Shown one piece after another: positions 39,131 to 46,983 of a DNA stretch of 64,000 nt. Every line of letters begins with the position of its first letter. The first letter of the stretch is position 1. The stretch is from the IMG/VR virus record IMGVR_UViG_3300032053_000011, positions 73,515-137,514 of that record; one strand, given 5' to 3'. Origin of the DNA: a virus. The notes beneath the pieces were generated by a model that saw only the letters and a list, made by a program, of their open reading frames with translations, was not told where the DNA came from and did no database searches. Both the position numbers and the translations under genes were made by a program.

Positions 39131-39870
39131 GCGCGACGTACTGCGAGGTCTGCAAGACGAAGGTCATGTCCGGCGGCATGCGTGCGCACGAGCGTTCAGC
39201 GGGGCATCAACGCACGGCGCCGCTGGCGGCCGAGGCGAGACTTGCGACAGAGCAGGCGATCGCTCAGGGACTCGTTCGAATGACCGAACACGACTTCTCG
39301 AACTGGGATACTGGGACGCCATTTCTCGATTCCATTGGAGTGCGCACGGAACGGTTGCTCACCTCGTATGCGCGCAGCCGGAACCATAGCTGGAAGTATC
39401 CAGAATGGTGGACCGAGGCCTGGGCAGCACCGATCGCTGACTGGCGAGGTCTCGACGTCGCCACTCGCGAACGGGCGCTCGCGCGAGTGGCTGCTGATCC
39501 GAGTCTGCGAGCCTACGTGCCGCACTGCCCGCTTGTCTTGGAATTCCAGGGTGTAACAGTGACCATCAACCACAAGCGCTACGTGCAAGATATGGCGATG
39601 TTGTCTGATGAACACGCGGCGGGCGCAGACGGGCTATCCATGGCAACAATCTCGATCTCGGGGCACGGACGCGGCAACACGAACATGTGGCACGTCCACT
39701 TCGACGGCACCGGGAGCATCGTGGATATCGTCCCGTTCCGTGTCCCACATCTCGAGATCAACACGCCGGAGGATGCCCCGCCGCTGAGCGTGATGGTCGA
39801 GGCTCAGGGCGCGATCGAGCACTTCGCGCGCTGCAATGCTGCGATCCGATGGCTGGCAAGCGATGCATGA
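39127..39870 (+). CDS. Tandem paralog family member 4
   Basis: CEVC-x11-H-x5-H; WWTEAWAAPIADW; IEHFARCNAAIRWLAS. Confidence 0.75.
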   Translation: MSATYCEVCKTKVMSGGMRAHERSAGHQRTAPLAAEARLATEQAIAQGLVRMTEHDFSNWDTGTPFLDSIGVRTERLLTSYARSRNHSWKYPEWWTEAWAAPIADWRGLDVATRERALARVAADPSLRAYVPHCPLVLEFQGVTVTINHKRYVQDMAMLSDEHAAGADGLSMATISISGHGRGNTNMWHVHFDGTGSIVDIVPFRVPHLEINTPEDAPPLSVMVEAQGAIEHFARCNAAIRWLASDA

Positions 39871-40231
39871 AGAGAGCTTCATCATCGGCGAGCATGTGAT
39901 CGGTTTGCGTTGGCTCGAACGCAAGGGCGAGAGCGCGTTCTATAGAGGCGCTGGCCTCTTCTGGTTTCCTGGGTTCCCCATCGGTGTGCTCGGTGGTCGC
40001 TACTTTTCTTACCAGCGGGGAACCTTCCACCGGGACGAATTGTTCCCAGAGGGCCACGGAGTGGGCAGGAACTTCGATGATTTCAAGTCGTTGTCGGCGC
40101 ACCATCAGAAAGCAGTGCGGCCGATGCTCCGTAGATTCTACGAGCTCGTCGGGGTAACGCCCGAGGCTCTCCAGATGATGGGGCTCGCAGGCTACATCGT
40201 ACTCGAACAGATGGTTAAGGGTGCTGCATGA
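39863..40231 (+). CDS. Unrelated hypothetical protein interrupting the array
   Basis: Starts MHEESF; overlaps both neighbours. Confidence 0.55.
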   Translation: MHEESFIIGEHVIGLRWLERKGESAFYRGAGLFWFPGFPIGVLGGRYFSYQRGTFHRDELFPEGHGVGRNFDDFKSLSAHHQKAVRPMLRRFYELVGVTPEALQMMGLAGYIVLEQMVKGAA

Positions 40232-40788
40232 GCCGGAAGACCGAAGACTTCGAGAAATCCTACTACGCGGCGGAGCGTTTCGCTCCGCTGCTGAGGGAGC
40301 TTGGAATCCCCGTCATCATGTTGCGCGATCCGGCGAACGCCGGACGTGGATATGACGATCGGCCCGTGCCACATGTCCCGTTCTGGGCAGTCCGAGTCGT
40401 CAACTGGATGGGGTTGAGCGTGGCGGAGATAGAGACAGCGTTGCGGCGGTTGGCCGCCGAGCCAGCCTTGCGGGCGACCGTGCGCGGCCTCGTCCAGGTC
40501 ATGCGAACGGATACGGTCACAGTCGCTCTTCAGAGCACGTCATTCATGCGAGATCGAGAGGGTAGGTTCCCGACAGAGATGTTCGCGCAGGTGTGGACCA
40601 ATGATCGGAACATTGGAGAGTGGGAGGTCCACTACGATCGCACCGGTGCGATTCTCAAGATTGGGCCGCGCTCGAGAGCGGGGGGGGAGATTGTCCCCAT
40701 GCCGCTGCATATTGCGGTCGTCGTCCAGCAGGCCATCGAGGAGTTCGTGCGGGGCGACGCCGTGATGCACGCCTTGGGCGCGTCGTGA
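40228..40788 (+). CDS. Tandem paralog family member 5 (no Zn finger)
   Basis: LRELGIPV...FWAVRVVNW...LRRLAAEPALR...MPLHIAV...IEEFVR. Confidence 0.7.
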   Translation: MSRKTEDFEKSYYAAERFAPLLRELGIPVIMLRDPANAGRGYDDRPVPHVPFWAVRVVNWMGLSVAEIETALRRLAAEPALRATVRGLVQVMRTDTVTVALQSTSFMRDREGRFPTEMFAQVWTNDRNIGEWEVHYDRTGAILKIGPRSRAGGEIVPMPLHIAVVVQQAIEEFVRGDAVMHALGAS

Positions 40789-41351
40789 ACCGCTCCGAAA
40801 GATTGATCGAGTGCTATGGGGCACGACAACACGAGGCCCTGCTCACAGAGCTTGGAGTGCCGATCACCTGGAAGGCGCCGCGCATCGTCGGAGCGGGGAA
40901 GTCCGAGCTTCCGGCGCCATACATCGCTGCCTGGGCAGGCGTGATCATCTACTGGATTGGTCTCGACGACGAAGAGCGTGAACGCGTGCTCCGCCGCGTG
41001 GCCGCCGATCCAGCACTGCGGGCAATCGTTGGAGATCTCACGCAACGATTCGGCACCGACGATATTCGAGTCACTCTCAATCGCGTCCATCGGTCGGACT
41101 GGCGTTCGCATGAGCGGCTGCATAGCGATGGCTCAGGAGAGGCGTCCGTCGGTTTTGCGGATGGCCCATGGGTCGATGAACGATGGTTGGTGAGCTACGA
41201 TTCGACCGGCGTCATCCTCAATATCCTGCAACACGATGACGCGCAGGTGGAAGAGATGCCATTGCACATCGCGGTCATCGTTCAGGCGGCCATCGAGGAG
41301 TTCATTCGCGGCGGCTTGCTGATGCATCAGCTCGGAGCGAAGCAGCCGTGA
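40785..41351 (+). CDS. Tandem paralog family member 6 (no Zn finger)
   Basis: LTELGVPI...AWAGVIIYW...LRRVAADPALR...MPLHIAV...IEEFIR. Confidence 0.7.
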   Translation: MNRSERLIECYGARQHEALLTELGVPITWKAPRIVGAGKSELPAPYIAAWAGVIIYWIGLDDEERERVLRRVAADPALRAIVGDLTQRFGTDDIRVTLNRVHRSDWRSHERLHSDGSGEASVGFADGPWVDERWLVSYDSTGVILNILQHDDAQVEEMPLHIAVIVQAAIEEFIRGGLLMHQLGAKQP

Positions 41352-41986
41352 GCGACCACTCTGTCGAGTGCCCGATCTGTCACGAGCGCGTCGCCAGTTG
41401 GCGTGGGATGACGGCACATCAACGCGGCTTCCGCTGCATGGCCGCCCGCGCGACGAGCGAGGCGATCGCGGAGGGTCTCGGCCGTGTCGATCCACGCGAC
41501 TTGGCCTCAGTCGGACTTGCATGCCAATACCGTTTCACCCGCCGCGAGAGAACAGCCCCGAGCGAATGCTGGACCGAGGCATGGATCGCCGGGATCCTGA
41601 ACTGGGTCGCGCTTCGTCGCGTGGTGCGGAGAGCTGCGGTGCGACATGTTCTGCGCGACCCGTCATTGCGAACGCGGGTACCGATCTGCCCGCCGAATAC
41701 CTTCTACTTCGACGACAGCAGGATGCAGATCTGGCTCGGTCGCTCGAACGAACTTGGCTTCAAGGAGAACGATGCGCGGATGCATATCCCGGTACCGAGT
41801 CCGCCGACCGGCGGTCCGAACTATGACGCATGGGATCTCATCTTCGATGACGATGGGTACATCGCATTCCCCGATGCGGTGGTCTATCCACCGATGTTCG
41901 TCGTGCTCCAGGCACAGTCGGTCACGATGCAATGGGCCGCCTGCTCGGCGGCCATCCGCGCGCTGGCCGAGGGCGAGATACTGTGA
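41348..41986 (+). CDS. Tandem paralog family member 7
   Basis: CPIC..H..C; WTEAWIAGILNW; PPM...QWAACSAAIRALA. Confidence 0.7.
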   Translation: MSDHSVECPICHERVASWRGMTAHQRGFRCMAARATSEAIAEGLGRVDPRDLASVGLACQYRFTRRERTAPSECWTEAWIAGILNWVALRRVVRRAAVRHVLRDPSLRTRVPICPPNTFYFDDSRMQIWLGRSNELGFKENDARMHIPVPSPPTGGPNYDAWDLIFDDDGYIAFPDAVVYPPMFVVLQAQSVTMQWAACSAAIRALAEGEIL

Positions 41987-42582
41987 CGCCGTCGATCGCA
42001 CTGATCGAGACGTACGTCTGGTTCAGCGCCGGTCCGATGCCGCTCGAGCTCGCGATTCAGCTCACGCCAGAGCGGCTCCACAAGCTCTGGCACCGCACTA
42101 CGAACTGGCGAGCGATGCTGCGCATCCTGCTCGTCACGCGATTGCCACTAGCGCGGCTCGCGGTAGTCGAGGCTGTTGCTCTCGCGCTCGAGAAAGAGCC
42201 GCGAGTATCCAATCCAATCGACGCGCAAGGTTCGTTGTCGCTCCTGCGGATGAGAGCGGCTGAGTTGTCGGTTGGGATTCCGCTCCAGCGTGCGTCGGAG
42301 GTCGTCACGGCGCGCGCGTTCGCCAACTCACAAGCGTCATTCGATGCCCGGTTCCGCAAGCTCACGAACTCTGGACTCGTATGGGATGCGATCTACGATG
42401 CTCTGAGAAGTCTGCTTGAGAGTGATGACCTAGTGTTCGGTCAGCCGAAGTACGCCGCCGACCGTGCCATGTGTGCGGCGGAGAAAGCTGGCGTTACCGG
42501 CGGCGAGATCCTGCATTGGCTTCGACCACTGGGGCCTCCGACGCTCGAGGAAATCGTGGCTGCGAGCTTTCAAGGCATCTAG
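41983..42582 (+). CDS. Hypothetical protein (C-terminal PPTLEEI)
   Basis: GTGA-coupled to the previous gene. Confidence 0.55.
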   Translation: MTPSIALIETYVWFSAGPMPLELAIQLTPERLHKLWHRTTNWRAMLRILLVTRLPLARLAVVEAVALALEKEPRVSNPIDAQGSLSLLRMRAAELSVGIPLQRASEVVTARAFANSQASFDARFRKLTNSGLVWDAIYDALRSLLESDDLVFGQPKYAADRAMCAAEKAGVTGGEILHWLRPLGPPTLEEIVAASFQGI

Positions 42583-42682
42583 GCATCCCGATCGTCGTCA
42601 GCCAGCCCATGTGACAACCAATGTCCAGCGGGCCGCAACTGCATGGTTGCCAAGACTCGTCATGGACTTCTAGGCTACCGTC

Positions 42683-43315
42683 ATGACGGAGCGCAAAACG
42701 TATGGCGCATGGACTCGTCTCGGCCGCGAGAAACGCGAGAAACGACGCAGCGGCCGTGGCAACACGCTGTTCTGGGAATGCGAGTGCCGATGCGGGACCG
42801 TGAAGTGGGTGCGGGCATCGCAATTGAAGAACAACACATCAACCTGCTGCGGGTGCATCCGGCCTATCAAACATGGCAAGTGCGACACGCCCGAATACCA
42901 TATCTGGGCGACCATGCTCGCGCGCTGCCGGAACCCATCATCGGACAGTTATTATCTGTACGGGGAACAGGGCGTTACCGTCTGCACCGACTGGCTGCGC
43001 TTCGAGAATTTTCTTCGTGATATGGGTCCTCGGCCATCTCCTGAACTGTCAATCGAGAGGAAGAACAACGACGGCAACTATGAGTTGCTGAACTGCCGCT
43101 GGGCGACCGCTGGAGAGCAGTCACGAAATACGTGCAGGACAAAGCTGTTCACCATTGCCGGGAAGACACTGTGTATGAAGGACTGGGCCAAGGATCAGGG
43201 GATGGTCTATACCACGCTGCAAGGACGATTACGGCGAGGTCTCTCCATCGAGGCCGCTCTGAATCTGCCGCTTCAAGTACACAAACCACGCCGGAACGTG
43301 GCACCAGTGCCATAG
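42683..43315 (+). CDS. Phage-type HNH (homing) endonuclease
   Basis: WECECRCG, CCGC, YGEQGVTVC..W..FENF..DMG.RP...SIERKNNDGNY...NCRWAT...Q.RN. Confidence 0.8.
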   Translation: MTERKTYGAWTRLGREKREKRRSGRGNTLFWECECRCGTVKWVRASQLKNNTSTCCGCIRPIKHGKCDTPEYHIWATMLARCRNPSSDSYYLYGEQGVTVCTDWLRFENFLRDMGPRPSPELSIERKNNDGNYELLNCRWATAGEQSRNTCRTKLFTIAGKTLCMKDWAKDQGMVYTTLQGRLRRGLSIEAALNLPLQVHKPRRNVAPVP

Positions 43316-43319
43316 CAGC

Positions 43320-43347
43320 TTGCAACGCGCTAGCACTGTGTTACCCT
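43320..43347 (+). promoter_or_regulatory. Sigma70-type promoter with GCTAGC-N5-GTTACC site, driving the kinase cassette
   Basis: TTGCAA-N16-TACCCT with a TG extension; ATG 43355 follows after 7 nt. Confidence 0.6.
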
Positions 43348-43354
43348 GTTTCGC

Positions 43355-44929
43355 ATGCTCAACGCGGCGGCCTTGGAAGCACGGATTGGAACGATGCTGG
43401 CTGGCAAGTATCGGCTCGATCGAATTCTTGGCATGGGTGGCATGGGCGCGGTCTTCGACGCCGAGAACACATGGCTCACACGGCGGGTTGCCGTCAAGGT
43501 TATGCACCCCGACGTGAGTCGTGATCAGGCGCTCGTGGAGCGTTTCCTACGCGAAGCAAGAGCCGCCGCACGTGTGCATCATCCGAATGTCGTCGACGTG
43601 CTCGACTTGGGGCAGGATGCCGATGGGACTCTTTTCATCGTGCAGGAATTCTTGCCGGGGACCGACCTCGAGCATCTGATGCGAGATCGTGGGCCGCTTC
43701 CTCCGCGTGAAGCGCTCGAGATCATCGTGCCCGTGATGAGCGCGTTGATTGCTGCTCACCGCAGCGGCATCCTGCACCGCGACGTGAAGCCCGCCAACGT
43801 GCTCCTCGCGAATTCACCAGGAGGTGGTGTTGTCCCCAAGCTTCTGGACTTTGGTATCGCGAAGGTACAGGAGTCCGTCGCATCGAAGGACCTCACACAG
43901 ACCGGCGTCGCACTCGGCACAGTGCATTACTTCTCGCCCGAGCAAGCCGCGGGCGCGCGCGACGTTGATGCGCAGACCGACGTTTGGGCCCTGGCAGTGA
44001 TGTTGTACGAGATGCTCTCGGGACGCTGCCCCTGGGAAGGCGAGACGGTCAACCAGATCTTCGCAGCCGTGTTGACCGCAGAAGTGCCGCCGATTCAGTC
44101 GATCGCGCCGAACGTGCCCGATGCACTCGCGGCGGTGATCATGCGTGCGCTCGAGCGCGATCGGACGGTGCGCTTCCGTTCGATGCAGGAATTCCTTGGT
44201 GCTCTGCTCGACTGCCCGACGTTCGAGAAGGAGAGCTGGCACACCACTCTGCGGGTCACCCATCAGGCAGCCACTACATCGGTCGACGGCCCAATCGAGA
44301 TGGAGCGCGAACGCCGTGGGACGGACGTGCTGCAAGTGATGCCGAGCAAGGTAACGCCGCCACGCATGACTACGTTCGGCAGGACGGCGCGCGAGATCCT
44401 CGTCCCGTCGGACAACCATCTCGATACATCATCGCTCAGCGGATTCGTCGTGATGGCCGGGTTCCTGATGCTCACCGCATTCGGGATGACCGCAATCGGT
44501 ATTGCGTTTGGGATCGGTGGACTTGGCTCCCATGCCTCCGTCCCCGCGCCGCGTCCGGCTGCGACGTTCGAAGCGGTCTTCGATGTCCCCGGCGCCACGA
44601 TCGAGATCGACGGTGTGCCGATGGGCACCGGTCATGTCGCCGTGGTGCTGCCGGTTGATGGCCGCAGCCATGTCGCGCGCTGCTACGCCCCCGGACGTGT
44701 CGAACGTCGCGTGGAGTTTCGCAACCAGCTTCCGCCGGTTCGCATCGCGCTCGAGCCAATTGCGGTTCCGCCTCTCGTCGTGGAACCACCGACGGCAGCG
44801 CCCACCATCATTCGCCATGTCCGGGCTGCGGCGCCAGTCGCGGTCCATCCGACGCCTCCACCGCCTGCCGCGGCTCATTCCGCAAGCCGCTCGCGCAATG
44901 GCGCACCGATCCTGGGGCTCGATGAATAA
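43355..44929 (+). CDS. Hanks-type Ser/Thr protein kinase with a TM helix and PEGA-like domain
   Basis: LGMGGMGAV, VAVK, HRDVKPAN, DFG, SPE and DVWAL motifs; TM around aa 365-390; VPGATIEIDG. Confidence 0.93.
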   Translation: MLNAAALEARIGTMLAGKYRLDRILGMGGMGAVFDAENTWLTRRVAVKVMHPDVSRDQALVERFLREARAAARVHHPNVVDVLDLGQDADGTLFIVQEFLPGTDLEHLMRDRGPLPPREALEIIVPVMSALIAAHRSGILHRDVKPANVLLANSPGGGVVPKLLDFGIAKVQESVASKDLTQTGVALGTVHYFSPEQAAGARDVDAQTDVWALAVMLYEMLSGRCPWEGETVNQIFAAVLTAEVPPIQSIAPNVPDALAAVIMRALERDRTVRFRSMQEFLGALLDCPTFEKESWHTTLRVTHQAATTSVDGPIEMERERRGTDVLQVMPSKVTPPRMTTFGRTAREILVPSDNHLDTSSLSGFVVMAGFLMLTAFGMTAIGIAFGIGGLGSHASVPAPRPAATFEAVFDVPGATIEIDGVPMGTGHVAVVLPVDGRSHVARCYAPGRVERRVEFRNQLPPVRIALEPIAVPPLVVEPPTAAPTIIRHVRAAAPVAVHPTPPPPAAAHSASRSRNGAPILGLDE

Positions 44930-45710
44930 CCGCATCGTCCTCGCACTCGCGCTGATCGGACTCACGCTCGTCCTTGGAGTGTTTGCTGGGTCAGCGCACG
45001 CGCAGGCCAGTGATCCAGTCACCGAACAGATCCGGCATGGGATCGCTCTGCGCGAAGCAGGTGACGATGCGTCGGCGCTGCTGGAATTCCAGCACGCGTT
45101 CGATCAATCGCACCGACCGCTTGCCGTGGCGCAGATGGGACTGGCGGAGCAGGCTCTTGGACACTGGACTGACGCCGAGGCTCATCTGCGCGCGGCGCTG
45201 GCTGCGCAGGGAGACACCTGGATTGACCGACATCGTGACGCGCTCCAAGCCGCCTATGCCGTGATCCTCCAGCATACGGCGCCGCCAACGGAGGCGCAGC
45301 CATCACGACCGGTGGCCGCGCTTTCGCCTGCTCCGTCCCCGGCGCCGCAGGTCTCGTCCACTCGTTCGAACACCCTGCCACTCGGCCTCGCCGCCGGGGC
45401 AGTAGTATTGCTGGGAGCTGGAGTGGCTGGTGCGATCGCGCGTGAATCGATCGCGCAGTCCTACAATCGGACCTGCCGTGGGATCGGTGACCCGACTCCG
45501 AGCAACGGCTGCCTCGAGAGCGCATGGGTCGGCAGCGCCAATGGCGCGGGGGCGCTGGCAGCCACCGGGCTGATCACCGGCGGATTGCTGGCGATTGTCG
45601 CGGCGATCGTCTTCGTCCGGCCTGCATCCGAGCATTCGCACCAGCAGGCCAGGATCTGGTGCGGCAGCGGTCCTGGGGATCTTGGAATCGCTTGTGGAGG
45701 CTCGCTGTGA
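44922..45710 (+). CDS. Secreted TPR-like membrane protein of myxobacterial kinase cassettes
   Basis: Signal peptide ending AHA-Q; GIALRE.G.D..AL..F..A...QMGLAEQALG.W..AE; two C-terminal hydrophobic segments. Confidence 0.75.
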   Translation: MNNRIVLALALIGLTLVLGVFAGSAHAQASDPVTEQIRHGIALREAGDDASALLEFQHAFDQSHRPLAVAQMGLAEQALGHWTDAEAHLRAALAAQGDTWIDRHRDALQAAYAVILQHTAPPTEAQPSRPVAALSPAPSPAPQVSSTRSNTLPLGLAAGAVVLLGAGVAGAIARESIAQSYNRTCRGIGDPTPSNGCLESAWVGSANGAGALAATGLITGGLLAIVAAIVFVRPASEHSHQQARIWCGSGPGDLGIACGGSL

Positions 45711-45715
45711 AGACC

Positions 45716-46387
45716 ATGAAGATCCATCTACTCCTGATCCTCGCGATCTCGGCCTGCACGCCCTTCAAGCTCTATGACTCGCGGGAGGATGCCGAGAGCG
45801 ACGCCGCGCGCGACGAACGCGCAGAGAATTCCAGCGATAGTGGGTCCGGCGACGATGCCGTCGATGTCGCCGAATCTAGCTCCGATGCCGTTGACGTTGT
45901 GACCGCCGCCGATGTCCCGGCATCCACCGACGTTGTGGATGTCGTCGACGTATCACTGCCTCCTGATGTCGTTCAGGACGTCGTCGTGGATGTACGGCCA
46001 GACGTTTCCATCGTCGATACCGCGCCCGACACGGCCTCGGACGTCCCGGCCGACGTACGGCCGGATGCGCCGGGCACCTGCACGGACGGAATCCAGAACG
46101 GTCTCGAGAGCGACATCGATTGCGGCGGTGGCGTTTGCCGCCAATGCCGCCAAGGCAATCACTGTCGGGGCGTCACCGACTGTCTGTCATTCTCGGCCGA
46201 GTGCCGAGCTGGCTCCTGTTTCGAGCCCGCGTGCATCGATGGAAGACAGACCGGTCTCGAGACCGACATCGACTGCGGAGCGTACTGCGCGGCATGTGTG
46301 GTCGGCCGTCGCTGTCAGTTGCCAAGCGACTGCGCTTCGTCGCGCTGCTCCATCGGCGATGCGGGATTCCTGATCTGTATGCCGTGA
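45716..46387 (+). CDS. Myxobacterial-type Asp-rich/Cys-rich lipoprotein
   Basis: MKIHLLLILAISA-C; DV-rich linker; two C.DG...G.E.DIDCG repeats. Confidence 0.8.
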   Translation: MKIHLLLILAISACTPFKLYDSREDAESDAARDERAENSSDSGSGDDAVDVAESSSDAVDVVTAADVPASTDVVDVVDVSLPPDVVQDVVVDVRPDVSIVDTAPDTASDVPADVRPDAPGTCTDGIQNGLESDIDCGGGVCRQCRQGNHCRGVTDCLSFSAECRAGSCFEPACIDGRQTGLETDIDCGAYCAACVVGRRCQLPSDCASSRCSIGDAGFLICMP

Positions 46388-46390
46388 CCC

Positions 46391-46969
46391 ATGTACGGCA
46401 CCTTCCCGCTGGAATTCCAGGCTCAGATGCGACCGTTCATTGCAGAGCGGCGTGTGGTCGACTTGGGAGCTGGTGACGGGGAGCGCACCCTCATCTTGCT
46501 GGCGCTCGGTGCCGCTTCGGTTCTCGCCGTCGAGAAGGACCCCGCGCCCTGGTATGCGACACCCATCCTCGGCATCGAATCGTTCCGCAGCCAATTCCGA
46601 GATGCGCGCGGCAAGATCAGGGACCGGGACATCGAAGTCGCTCATCTCGCATGGCCCTTGAACCACGACAGCCTTGGCTTGATCGACATTCTCGAAGAGC
46701 TACGGATGGTGATCTACGTCGGCTCGAATACGAGCGGCAACGCTTGTGGCACGCAGGCGCTGTTCGCTCACTTCAATGCGCGTGAAGTTCTGGCGTATGT
46801 CCCGGCGCGGGCCAATACCCTGATCGTGTATGGGCAGCGATTGACCGGCCCGCGCGCCCTGCTCCACTGGGAAGAGCATCCATCGTTGTTTGGGCGGACG
46901 ATTATCCCGTTCTCAGACACGATGGAACTCTTTCCGAGCACCCGAAAGTTGCCTGCGCGAGACGCATAG
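46391..46969 (+). CDS. Class I SAM-dependent methyltransferase-like protein
   Basis: VVDLGAGDG...VLAVEKD. Confidence 0.65.
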   Translation: MYGTFPLEFQAQMRPFIAERRVVDLGAGDGERTLILLALGAASVLAVEKDPAPWYATPILGIESFRSQFRDARGKIRDRDIEVAHLAWPLNHDSLGLIDILEELRMVIYVGSNTSGNACGTQALFAHFNAREVLAYVPARANTLIVYGQRLTGPRALLHWEEHPSLFGRTIIPFSDTMELFPSTRKLPARDA

Positions 46970-46983
46970 CCGACGATGTCGGC

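Noticed and set aside
37000-41986. Diversity-generating retroelement behind the paralog array
   Set aside because: No reverse transcriptase in the window, and differences between copies are not adenine-specific TR/VR-type changes.
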